From the NCBI GenBank assembly GCA_904502135.1, contig CAJGDE010000002.1:1-46840 (forward strand): a DNA stretch of 46,840 nucleotides. The letters run 5' to 3'. Numbering within the stretch: the stretch's first letter is position 1; every line of letters begins with the position of its first letter. This DNA comes from Kiritimatiellia bacterium. Lineage in GTDB: Bacteria > Verrucomicrobiota > Kiritimatiellia > RFP12 > UBA1067. The notes beneath the pieces were generated by a model. It ran no database searches. It worked only from the letters and a program-made list of their open reading frames with translations, and had not been told where the DNA came from. The translations under genes and the position numbers were made by a program. This document shows positions 16,736-25,118 of this stretch, piece after piece.

Positions 16736-17451
16736 TGATTTACCGCTCTGCGGTCGCGCTTGTCCTTTTCGCGTTTTTCGCTCTCGGCGGACTTCTTGTT
16801 TCTCCGTTGATGATCGTCTTGCGCTCGCCAAGACTTTGTCAGCCGATAGTCCGCAATCTTTGGGTGATGCTGGTCTGGCTCTTTAAAGCGCTCGGAATTA
16901 TAGGCGTTGAATTCCCATGTAAGATAAATAACCTTAGAGGCTGCATTATCGCCGCGAACCATCCTTCTTTGATTGATGTTGTTCTAGTAACGGCATTGTT
17001 TCCCCGAACATTGTATGTTGCCAAAGCCGCGCTTTTGAAAAATCCGTTCTTGTCCGCCATAGTTCGCCATACGTCGTTACCGGTGGATGAGCGGCTTGTA
17101 GATGCGGTTGTGCCGTATTTGAATGACGGTTGGAACGTTCTTGTTTTCCCCGAAGGCACGCGCTCCGCTCCAACAGGACAGATGCAGGAATTTCACCGTG
17201 GTATCGCGCAACTTCTTTTGCGCACGTCATCTTCATTGGTGTGTCTTGGGATAAACGTTTCGCGTACGATTCTATCAAAGAATCAAAAGCCGTGGGATAT
17301 GGGCGAAAAGAGGGTCGTATATTCCTTCAGGGTTGATTCTCCCACCAGTCATGTGCCCGATAATGCTCGCGCTCTTCGCCCTCAGGCCATAGCTCTCACG
17401 AATGAGATTAGGCGAAGGATTGACAATCTAAGAACAACAGTACATAATTGA
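16720..17451 (+). CDS. Lysophospholipid acyltransferase family (PlsC/LPLAT) protein
   Basis: HX4D motif NHPSLID and FPEGTRS motif; two N-terminal hydrophobic segments. The start is uncertain. The ATG at 16720 has AAAGGA 6 nt upstream. Alternatives are a GTG at 16696 (ORF track) and an ATG at 16735, which overlaps the CLF stop. Confidence 0.85.
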   Translation: MRRAVMIYRSAVALVLFAFFALGGLLVSPLMIVLRSPRLCQPIVRNLWVMLVWLFKALGIIGVEFPCKINNLRGCIIAANHPSLIDVVLVTALFPRTLYVAKAALLKNPFLSAIVRHTSLPVDERLVDAVVPYLNDGWNVLVFPEGTRSAPTGQMQEFHRGIAQLLLRTSSSLVCLGINVSRTILSKNQKPWDMGEKRVVYSFRVDSPTSHVPDNARALRPQAIALTNEIRRRIDNLRTTVHN

Positions 17452-17455
17452 TCGT

Positions 17456-18019
17456 ATGAAAAAGATATTTGTAGCTACGCAGAACAAACATAAGCTTTCG
17501 GAGATAGCAGCTATCCTTACGGGCTTTGAGATTCTTCCCGACGACCCAGAGGGGGTGGAGGAGAATGCGCCTGATTTTTCAGGCAACGCGCTTATCAAAG
17601 TGCGAGCAATAGCCTCTCGCCACAAGGGGGATTGGTGTATGGCCGATGACTCGGGGCTTGAAGTGTTCGCTTTAGGCGGAGAGCCTGGAGTGCGAAGCGC
17701 TCGTTACGCGGGTCGCCATGGCGATACGCCTGCGAATAACGCGTTGCTGCTGAAAAATCTGCAGGGCGTAAGCGATAGGCGCGCCAGGTTCGTCACATCA
17801 TGCGCTCTTGTTTCACCCGATGGCGCAGAAACGGTTGTGGAAGGCGAGTGCAGAGGCGAGATACTCTTGGAGCCAGCAGGTACTGACGGTTTCGGGTATG
17901 ATCCGATTTTCAGGCCCGAAGGTCGTGACGTATCTTTTGCGCAGCTGTCAAGCGAAGAAAAAAACGCGATTTCGCATAGAGCCATGGCTTTGGCGAAAGT
18001 AAAGTCTATTATCGGTTGA
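17456..18019 (+). CDS. rdgB: Non-canonical purine NTP pyrophosphatase (RdgB/HAM1 family)
   Basis: MKKIFVATQNKHKLSEI...DDSGLEV..LGGEPGVRSARYAG...GTDGFGYDPIF...SFAQLSSEEKNAISHRAMA are canonical RdgB motifs. Confidence 0.92.
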   Translation: MKKIFVATQNKHKLSEIAAILTGFEILPDDPEGVEENAPDFSGNALIKVRAIASRHKGDWCMADDSGLEVFALGGEPGVRSARYAGRHGDTPANNALLLKNLQGVSDRRARFVTSCALVSPDGAETVVEGECRGEILLEPAGTDGFGYDPIFRPEGRDVSFAQLSSEEKNAISHRAMALAKVKSIIG

Positions 18020-18025
18020 AACGGC

Positions 18026-20206
18026 ATGTCTGAAGGTCGAGATATGGTCGAGGGGACGATCCGTTCGGTCGTCTATCATAATCAGGACAACGGTTATACC
18101 GTATTGCGCGTCGAGATACCGTCCGATTTCGAGCTTATGAAAAACCCCGAGATAACCGTTGTCGGTAAGGCTCAGGCCGTGTGGGAAGGGGAGGAAGTCA
18201 AGGCCATCGGCGAGTGGGTCAACGATAAAACGCACGGCCGTCAATTTAAAGCCGAAAGTCTTACCTGTATCGCGCCGCGTTCGCTTAAGGGAATAGAAAG
18301 ATATCTCGCTTCCGGCCTTATCAAGGGGATAGGGCCAGTTCTTGCCAAGCGCATAGTCGAGACGTTCGGAGAAGAGACAATGACGGTTTTGTCTCGGCAG
18401 TCGCAGCGGCTTAGTGAAGTGCCTAAACTCGGCAAAGCAAAAATCGCGCAGATACGCAAAAGCTGGCATGCGAATGAAACGCATCGCGAAAATCTGATCT
18501 TCGGGCAGACTTACGGTATTTCAATTTCACGAATGACGAAGATCGTAAAGCGTTACGGGCCGGATGCGATCGCCATAATAAAGGCCGATCCATATAGGCT
18601 CTGTCGTGAAATATGGGGAATCGGGTTTGCTACAGCGGACAAGATAGCTTTGTCAACGGGGATACCCGAAGATTCGCCGCTGAGAGCGCGAGCTTCCATA
18701 GCGCATACGCTTGAGACCGAGGCTGATGAGGCTGGGCATTGCTGGACGTATGAAAACGAACTTTTGATGCACGCCAATGAATTGACGGGGATTCCTGTCG
18801 AGATTCTGTCAGAGGCTTTGGAGGATGAACTTAAAAGTTCGCGCGTTATCGCAGATGACAGCTCCCCAAGGCGCATATATCTTAAGACATATTACCGCAG
18901 CGAGCGAAGAGTCGCCGAGAGGGTGATCAAAATCATAAAAACGCCACCGTTGTTTTCACCGATAGATGCGCAAAAGGCCATAACCTGGTGGGAAAAGCAA
19001 GTCGGTTTCACTTTGGCCTCAACGCAAACAATGGCCCTGAAAGGATCGCTTGAAAACAAATTCTCCATCATAACCGGCGGACCCGGTGTGGGCAAGACGA
19101 CGATCGTAAAAGCGCTCGTTGATATTTACCGTAGAAAAAACCTTACCGTAACTCTCGCGGCACCTACGGGGCGGGCCGCCAAGCGGATGACGGAATCTGT
19201 CGGCGTGCAGGCTCAGACTATACATAAACTTTTAAAGCTCAATCCCGTAACAAACCGCTTTGTCCATGATTCAGAAAATCCCATTCTTTCCGATGTTTTC
19301 ATATTTGATGAGACGTCTATGATAGATGTCCGCCTTGCCTCTGAGCTTCTTTCGGCTATTCCTGATGAAGCGTGCGTTGTCTGGGTCGGGGATACGGATC
19401 AGCTGCCCAGCGTCGGTGCGGGGAATGTTCTAGGAGATCTGATTAAATCTGGCGTTGTCGCCTCTACGCGGCTTGATGTGATTTTTAGGCAGGATACGAG
19501 CGGGCTGATAGTTAAAAACGCCCACCATGTCAATGCCGGCGAGCCTTTGGAGTCGAGACCTGGAGAAAGCGATTTTTATTTCATCAGAGCCGAAGATCCG
19601 CAAGTGTGTCTTTCTCGCGCCATTGAATTTATGACGGACCGTATTCCGAGAAAGTTCGGCATGAACCCATTGGAAGATGTGCAAATACTCTCTCCCATGC
19701 GCAAAAACACATTGGGCACGGATAATATCAATTTGGAGATACAAAAGGCGATTAACCCGCACGGAGATTCCGTTACGAAGGGCGCGTACGTCTTTCGTAC
19801 CGGCGACAGGGTAATGCAGCTTAGAAACAACTATGATAAAGAAGTTTATAACGGCGATGTAGGTTTTATAAAGGCCGTAAGTGCGTCTGAGCGCTCAATC
19901 GTCGTAAATTTCGATGGGCGACCGGTAAAATACGATGGTTCGGAACTTGATGAACTTACCTTGGCGTATGCTACGACAATCCATAAATCGCAAGGAAGCG
20001 AATATCCAGCCGTAATAGTCATCATGCATACGCAGCATTACATGATGCTGCAGAGAAATCTTCTTTATACGGCGATTACGCGCGCGCGAAAGTTAGTGCT
20101 TCTTATAGGAGTTCCTTATGCGGTAAGCAGGGCGATCGAGACTAATGTTGTAAGACAAAGGCGAACGTCGCTAGCAGAGTGGTTGAATGTTAGAATGGAG
20201 GTTTAG
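18026..20206 (+). CDS. recD2: ATP-dependent RecD-like (RecD2) SF1B DNA helicase
   Basis: 726 aa. An N-terminal OB-like region (VVYHNQDNGYTVLRV), an HhH region (GIGPVLAKRIVETFG), Walker A GGPGVGKTT, Walker B FIFDETSMID, VGDTDQLPSVGAG, and a C-terminal YATTIHKSQGSEYPAV...LLYTAITRARK. Confidence 0.92.
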   Translation: MSEGRDMVEGTIRSVVYHNQDNGYTVLRVEIPSDFELMKNPEITVVGKAQAVWEGEEVKAIGEWVNDKTHGRQFKAESLTCIAPRSLKGIERYLASGLIKGIGPVLAKRIVETFGEETMTVLSRQSQRLSEVPKLGKAKIAQIRKSWHANETHRENLIFGQTYGISISRMTKIVKRYGPDAIAIIKADPYRLCREIWGIGFATADKIALSTGIPEDSPLRARASIAHTLETEADEAGHCWTYENELLMHANELTGIPVEILSEALEDELKSSRVIADDSSPRRIYLKTYYRSERRVAERVIKIIKTPPLFSPIDAQKAITWWEKQVGFTLASTQTMALKGSLENKFSIITGGPGVGKTTIVKALVDIYRRKNLTVTLAAPTGRAAKRMTESVGVQAQTIHKLLKLNPVTNRFVHDSENPILSDVFIFDETSMIDVRLASELLSAIPDEACVVWVGDTDQLPSVGAGNVLGDLIKSGVVASTRLDVIFRQDTSGLIVKNAHHVNAGEPLESRPGESDFYFIRAEDPQVCLSRAIEFMTDRIPRKFGMNPLEDVQILSPMRKNTLGTDNINLEIQKAINPHGDSVTKGAYVFRTGDRVMQLRNNYDKEVYNGDVGFIKAVSASERSIVVNFDGRPVKYDGSELDELTLAYATTIHKSQGSEYPAVIVIMHTQHYMMLQRNLLYTAITRARKLVLLIGVPYAVSRAIETNVVRQRRTSLAEWLNVRMEV

Positions 20207-20267
20207 GAGGTTTAGAAAGTTTAGGAGGTTTAGAAGGTTTAGGTTTTAGGTGTAGGGATTAGGTGAA
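20197..20267 (+). repeat. TAG-rich short tandem repeat (9-nt RRR-GTT-TAG units), copy A of a two-locus repeat family
   Basis: The sequence is GGAGGTTTAGGAGGTTTAGAAAGTTTAGGAGGTTTAGAAGGTTTAGGTTTTAGGTGTAGGGATTAGGTG. It starts at the recD2 stop codon. Positions 20209-20242 are identical to 32359-32392. Confidence 0.9.
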
Positions 20268-20333
20268 GAGTGGATATCGGCTAACGGTTAGCTGTTGATG
20301 AATCGCGGGCGATTATCCGATTACGCTGCGCAG

Positions 20334-20362
20334 TTGAAGAATCGGTGAAATTTTGGTATTAT
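20334..20362 (+). promoter_or_regulatory. Promoter of the pal-tat operon
   Basis: TTGAAG at 20334-20339, a 17-nt spacer, and a TG-extended -10 TGGTATTAT at 20354-20362. It is followed by a 35-nt leader with an AAGGAG SD at 20385-20390. Confidence 0.55.
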
Positions 20363-20397
20363 ATCCGCAACTAATTTCACAATTAAGGAGATACATT

Positions 20398-20940
20398 ATG
20401 AAGTTTTCAACAATGATGACTGTTTTCGCGCTTGCTCTTTGCGTAGCTGGCTGTAAGTATGACAAGGCTGCCAAAGGTGCTGGCGGTGATGATGCGGCTT
20501 TAGGCCAGGATATTTCTTCTGGCAGCGACATTTCTTCGCAGGAAGGTCTTATCTCTGGCGCCAGCGAAGGTAAGTTCGAAGATCTTTATACTCGCTGCAC
20601 CGATGTTGATTTCGCTCCTGTGTATTTCGGTTTTGACTCTACCGTAGTTCCTCAGGGCGAGCTCGGCAAGATTGACGCCGTAGTCCAGCACCTCAATTCT
20701 AAGTCTGATCGCGTTGTAGTGGTCGAAGGAAACTGCGACGAGCGCGGCTCCAACGAGTACAATATGTCGCTTGGCGAAAATCGTGCGATCATTCTTCGCA
20801 ATTATCTCGTTCAAAGCGGTATTGCCGCTGATCGCATTCAGACTCGCAGCTATGGCGAGGAGAAGCCTGCCGCTACCGGTAACGATGAATCTGCTTGGGC
20901 GCTTAACCGTCGCGGTGAATTTGCGATTTACCAGAAGTAA
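20398..20940 (+). CDS. pal: Peptidoglycan-associated lipoprotein (OmpA-family C-terminal domain)
   Basis: Start at ATG 20398 behind the AAGGAG SD (the track ORF begins upstream at 20353). Lipobox LCVAGC. OmpA-like domain motifs: VYFGFDSTVV, VVVEGNCDERGSNEYNMSLGENRA, ALNRRGEF. Confidence 0.9.
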   Translation: MKFSTMMTVFALALCVAGCKYDKAAKGAGGDDAALGQDISSGSDISSQEGLISGASEGKFEDLYTRCTDVDFAPVYFGFDSTVVPQGELGKIDAVVQHLNSKSDRVVVVEGNCDERGSNEYNMSLGENRAIILRNYLVQSGIAADRIQTRSYGEEKPAATGNDESAWALNRRGEFAIYQK

Positions 20941-20949
20941 TTTTCATAG

Positions 20950-21351
20950 ATGACCTTAGCTGTTATATTTGATAGCGTCGGTTTCGGCGAGTGGTTCGTT
21001 CTGCTCGCCGTTGTGTTAGTTGTGGTGGGGCCTAAGAATTTGCCTTCCACAGCCCGCAAGATAGGCGCTTATTATTCCAGATTTCGCAGAGCGGCTGAAA
21101 GTTTTAAGCGCCAGCTCATGGATATGGATACGGAATTCGACAAGTTTGTGAATGAAACTGCATCTGAAGCTAAAGAGGCGTTTACTGTCGAATCTGATAA
21201 TGAAAACGAGTTTCCCGGGTATGAAAACCTCGATGATTCGCCGGACAATGCAGAGTATAATCACGATATGGGCGAGTATTCTTCTGCAGAAGAAGGCGAT
21301 GTTTCGCAGGACGCTTTGAAAAAAGACGACAATGGCGATAAAGCTTCTTGA
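20950..21351 (+). CDS. tatA: Twin-arginine translocase TatA/TatB-family protein with a long acidic tail
   Basis: GFGEWFVLLAVVLVVVGPKNLPSTARKIG is the TatA/B TM-hinge-amphipathic helix signature. At 133 aa with an acidic C-terminus it could equally be TatB-like. Confidence 0.85.
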   Translation: MTLAVIFDSVGFGEWFVLLAVVLVVVGPKNLPSTARKIGAYYSRFRRAAESFKRQLMDMDTEFDKFVNETASEAKEAFTVESDNENEFPGYENLDDSPDNAEYNHDMGEYSSAEEGDVSQDALKKDDNGDKAS

Positions 21352-21355
21352 TAAT

Positions 21356-22090
21356 ATGGATGAGCGCAACGATCCGCCGCGCCCGCTCTTAGAACATCTT
21401 ATGGCGCTAAGGGATATGCTCATTTTTGGAGCCGTGGCGTGGACGATTTGCGCGATAATAGCGGCAGTTGCTTCTCCTTACATTTTGACATGGCTTAAAA
21501 GTCCTGCCGCAGCCAGTGAGGATATGCTTCAGGGGCTTGATCTTACAAGCGGTTTTACGACGGCGATGTCAATCTCTCTTTGGGGCGGAACAGCCATCGC
21601 TTTTCCTTTTATCGTGTACGCGCTTTTGCGATTCATTTTTCCTGCGCTAACAAAACGCGAGAAGGTCATATTGCTATCGATTCTTCTTTTTGGCACGGGT
21701 TTCTTTCTTGTTGGCGTCGGCGTAGCTTACGCTAAAACGCTTCCTGTCGTCGTATCTGCTTTTCAGACGATAAATTCCTGGGTTGGCCTGCCTGTTACGA
21801 CGATCAGAATTGAAGGCTATATTTCTATCGTTCTTAAAACGATCATCGCATTTGGTCTTGTTTTTCAGCTGCCTCTCATAATCTTCGTTCTCGGCTGGTT
21901 CGGAATAGTCTCTTCAAAGGCTTTGAAAGAAAAGCGCCGTATCTCCATTGTCTGCTGTTTCTTCATTTCTATGTTCCTTACGCCGCCGGATCCTATGAGC
22001 CAGCTTATGATGGCCATTCCGCTTTGCCTTTTGTATGAAGTAGCAATTTGGGCTGTTTGGCTGAAAGAAAAGAGTTCTCGCAGTGAATAA
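21356..22090 (+). CDS. tatC: Twin-arginine translocase subunit TatC
   Basis: Start at ATG 21356 (MDERNDPPRPLLEHLMALRDML; TatC N-termini carry the xxEHLxELR motif), 4 nt after the tatA stop. Six hydrophobic segments. FLTPPDPMSQ motif near the C-terminus. Confidence 0.9.
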   Translation: MDERNDPPRPLLEHLMALRDMLIFGAVAWTICAIIAAVASPYILTWLKSPAAASEDMLQGLDLTSGFTTAMSISLWGGTAIAFPFIVYALLRFIFPALTKREKVILLSILLFGTGFFLVGVGVAYAKTLPVVVSAFQTINSWVGLPVTTIRIEGYISIVLKTIIAFGLVFQLPLIIFVLGWFGIVSSKALKEKRRISIVCCFFISMFLTPPDPMSQLMMAIPLCLLYEVAIWAVWLKEKSSRSE

Positions 22091-23913
22091 TGAGAATGAC
22101 TGAGGAAAAATGGTCGCTTGTACGGGAGACGCTCAAAAAGGGGCGTCTTTCCGTCATAATGCCGATTTTTAATCTTGAAGAATCGGTAGTGGAGAATATA
22201 AAGAAAACTGCCGAACTTTTCGATAAAAACGCAATAAGAACAGAGATTATTCCTGTAGACGACGGCAGCGTTGATGAAACCGCGCAGAAGCTCAGTTCGT
22301 TGAAGGGCTTATCGTTTAATACAGTTTCAATACAACCAGTCTTTTTGAAAATGAACGGCGGCAAGGGAGCCGCTCTCAGGGCCGGGTTCGCTGCTTCGAG
22401 TGGAGATTTTGTGTTGCTGCTTGATGGAGATCTTGATATAAATCCGAAGCAGACGGCCGAATTCTTTTTTGAAATGTCTCGCCACAATGCCGATGTTGTC
22501 GTCGGCTCAAAGCGGCATAAGAGGTCTTTGGTGCAGTATCCGTGGCATAGGCGTATTGTCAGTTGGGTTTATTTTTCTTTAGTCAGGTTTTTTGTCGGGC
22601 TTAAACTGACCGACACACAAACCGGCATGAAACTTTTTAAGAGAGATGTTCTTGAAGAGGCTCTTTCGCGAATGTTGGTTAAGACGTACGCATTTGACCT
22701 GGAACTTTTATCCATAGCCGCCAGCAGAGGGGCGAAGATTGTCGAGGCGCCGGTTGTCATTCGCTTTGGCGACAAGTTTGGGGCTTTGAAACTGAAGACC
22801 GTCTATCAGATGGCAAAAGATTCGGCGGCTGTTTTCTACCGCTTAAAAGTCTTGAAGTATTACGCCTCTTCGCGCGCTCCTCGTAAACTTGAGTATACGC
22901 CAAAGATTTCAATCGTTATAGCCTGCCCCAATCGCAGCTGGATGCTTGACGAGTGCCTTGAAGCTATTGCTATACAGACGTGGCGGAATTTTGAAACGAT
23001 AATTTTGCCTGACTTTGATTTTACCCTTGATGAGAATCTGAAGCAAAAAACAAATGCCCGCATAATTCCTACGGGCAAGGTTCGCCCTGCACAAAAGCGA
23101 AATATGGGCATTAAAGATTCGTCCGGCGATATAGTCGCTTTTATTGATGATGATGCCTATCCTGATGCGCATTGGCTAGAGTATGCCGTTAGGTTTTTCT
23201 CCGAGCCGTCAATCGGCGCGGTGGGAGGCCCTGGGGTTACGCCTCCAGGAGACCGGGCTTTTCAACGTCTTGGCGGGCGTGTCTATGATAACATTCTTGT
23301 CAGCGGCAACTACCGCTACCGTTATAAGGCCGGAGGCATCAGGCGTGATGTTGACGATTATCCCAGCTGCAATCTGTTTGTCCGAAAGCCGCTTCTTGAT
23401 TCAATAGGCGCTTATCGCGCGGATTTCTGGCCGGGTGAAGATACTCTTCTTTGCAAGGATATAATCGACTCTGGCAGGCGTATCGTCTACGATCCGTGGG
23501 TTGTTGTCTATCACCATAGGCGAGCACTCTTTTTGCCGCATTTAAGACAGCTGGGGCGTTATGCTTTTCATCGCGGGTATTTCTGCCGCAAGTATCCGTC
23601 AAACTCTCTTCATTTAAGTTATTTTATTCCAAGTCTTTTTGTTCTCTACATATCGTTTTATCCCGTTGTCGCGAGTATAACGGTTTTGCCTGGCTCGTTG
23701 GCGTATTACATCTGCGTTACTTATGTTTTTCTTTTGGCATTTTATTTCGCGCTTGTCTTTTTATCCTCTTTCTCTTTCAATCCCGTTAGCTGGGTGATGA
23801 CGGCAGTAGGAATCTTCTGCTCTCATCTCTGGTACGGCATAAAATTTATACAGGGACTTTTTGCACGAAAAGCCCCATGTGAATACATAGGAAAGGATCA
23901 TCCAAATGAATAA
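22090..23913 (+). CDS. Bifunctional-looking family 2 glycosyltransferase (two GT2 domains plus a C-terminal membrane domain)
   Basis: Domain 1: LSVIMPIFNLEE...VDDGSVDET...GKGAALRAGF...LLLDGDLD. Domain 2: ISIVIACPNR...FIDDDAYPD. About four hydrophobic segments at the C-terminus. The start overlaps the tatC stop as TAATG. Confidence 0.85.
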   Translation: MRMTEEKWSLVRETLKKGRLSVIMPIFNLEESVVENIKKTAELFDKNAIRTEIIPVDDGSVDETAQKLSSLKGLSFNTVSIQPVFLKMNGGKGAALRAGFAASSGDFVLLLDGDLDINPKQTAEFFFEMSRHNADVVVGSKRHKRSLVQYPWHRRIVSWVYFSLVRFFVGLKLTDTQTGMKLFKRDVLEEALSRMLVKTYAFDLELLSIAASRGAKIVEAPVVIRFGDKFGALKLKTVYQMAKDSAAVFYRLKVLKYYASSRAPRKLEYTPKISIVIACPNRSWMLDECLEAIAIQTWRNFETIILPDFDFTLDENLKQKTNARIIPTGKVRPAQKRNMGIKDSSGDIVAFIDDDAYPDAHWLEYAVRFFSEPSIGAVGGPGVTPPGDRAFQRLGGRVYDNILVSGNYRYRYKAGGIRRDVDDYPSCNLFVRKPLLDSIGAYRADFWPGEDTLLCKDIIDSGRRIVYDPWVVVYHHRRALFLPHLRQLGRYAFHRGYFCRKYPSNSLHLSYFIPSLFVLYISFYPVVASITVLPGSLAYYICVTYVFLLAFYFALVFLSSFSFNPVSWVMTAVGIFCSHLWYGIKFIQGLFARKAPCEYIGKDHPNE

Positions 23914-24523
23914 TTACATTGAGATAATACTCTGGCTCATTGGCGCATATCTCGTCGGTTCTGTGCCGTTTGGGTTTCTTATAGGCAAATCACGCGGCGT
24001 AGACGTTCGCACTGTCGGCTCAAAAAACATCGGGGCGACAAATGTGTTTCGCACCGTCGGGAAAAAGTGGGGGCTTTTGGCGTTTCTCTGTGATTTCCTG
24101 AAAGGTCTTTTACCTGTCGTAGCCGTTAAGATTTTTGCGTCTTCGGTGAATTGGTTGCCTGTTGCGGTCGGGCTTTTTTGTGTAGTCGGGCATACGCTTA
24201 CCGTCTTTATGAAGTTTAAAGGCGGCAAGGGTGTTGCCACGGCTTTCGGCATGTTGGTAGCGCTTATGCCGGCACTTGTCGGAATCGCGTTTCTGGTTTT
24301 TGTGATTTTCTTTGCCTGCTCGAATTACATTTCCTTGGGCAGCTGCTCTGCTGCGGCATTTCTTGCCGTGACTGTATGGTTTTGGCCTCCGTCCGCGATT
24401 CTTGTCGAAAAGATCATAATCGCCGTCATTGGTGTTTTTGTGATTATTAAGCATCGCTCAAATATAGTAAGACTTTTAAAAGGCGAAGAAAATAAAATTT
24501 ATATCTTCAAGTCTTCAAAATAG
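23906..24523 (+). CDS. plsY: Glycerol-3-phosphate acyltransferase PlsY
   Basis: YLVGSVPFGFLIGK..GVDVRTVGSKNIGATNVFRTVGKKWG...GHTLTVFMKFKGGKGVAT are canonical PlsY motifs. 8-nt overlap with the GT gene. Confidence 0.93.
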   Translation: MNNYIEIILWLIGAYLVGSVPFGFLIGKSRGVDVRTVGSKNIGATNVFRTVGKKWGLLAFLCDFLKGLLPVVAVKIFASSVNWLPVAVGLFCVVGHTLTVFMKFKGGKGVATAFGMLVALMPALVGIAFLVFVIFFACSNYISLGSCSAAAFLAVTVWFWPPSAILVEKIIIAVIGVFVIIKHRSNIVRLLKGEENKIYIFKSSK

Positions 24524-24566
24524 TCGGAAGGTTGGCCGGTTTCGGTGCGGTAAAAATATTTAAAGT

Positions 24567-25118
24567 ATGAAAATGTCATATCGTTTTTATTGCAGATTTA
24601 TTTTGATTTCGGCAGGAGCTCTTTTCTCGTTTTCGCCGTCTTTTGCATCTTTACAGGATGATGCGGTCGATGTAATTGAAATAAATGTAAATATCGATAA
24701 GCAAGGCTCTTCGTTCAAGCCGTCGCTCGGCGGTATTAGCGGTGAAGCCAAAAAATTGTTTTCTCGGTATCTTTTTCTTGGGGCCAAACAAGCGCCTTTG
24801 CTGATTGCCCATAATGAGCTTGAGAAAAAACTCTTTTCCTGGAGCGTATGCAAGAACGGTAAAAATTCCACCCTTGTTTTTCTAACAAGAAACAATACAA
24901 AGAGGACTAAAAAGATCGTTTTCACATTGTCGGGCAAAGAGCCTCTTACGCCGACATACAGGCGTGTTTATTCTTCCGACGGCGGTAAAAAATGGCGTAC
25001 AATCGCCTTTGAGCCTCCACACGATAGTGTTACAGGGTATTTCCAATCTATGCCCAAACCATATACCATTGAAGTGCCGCCTTATTCATATCAATCGGCA
25101 ACTGTGAGGTTGAAATGA
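24567..25118 (+). CDS. Secreted hypothetical protein
   Basis: 183 aa. Signal-peptide-like N-terminus (FILISAGALFSFSPSFASLQ). I recognise no motif. ATGA overlap with the downstream hydrolase gene suggests translational coupling. Confidence 0.55.
   Translation: MKMSYRFYCRFILISAGALFSFSPSFASLQDDAVDVIEINVNIDKQGSSFKPSLGGISGEAKKLFSRYLFLGAKQAPLLIAHNELEKKLFSWSVCKNGKNSTLVFLTRNNTKRTKKIVFTLSGKEPLTPTYRRVYSSDGGKKWRTIAFEPPHDSVTGYFQSMPKPYTIEVPPYSYQSATVRLK

Noticed and set aside
12887-20206. The HNH nuclease, RdgB and RecD2 helicase together as a candidate anti-phage defence island.
   Set aside because: The genes are separated by a lipid-biosynthesis operon. RecD2 and RdgB have full housekeeping motif sets, composition is native, and no typical defence partners (ATPase/NTPase with unknown domains, TIR, SIR2, reverse transcriptase) are present.
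20197-20267. Resemblance of the GGTTTAG/TTTAGG units to eukaryotic telomere repeats (TTTAGGG, TTAGG).
   Set aside because: The units are degenerate, the array is only about 70 nt, and it sits between two chromosomal genes with a promoter right after it. Nothing suggests a replicon end, so I treat the resemblance as coincidental.
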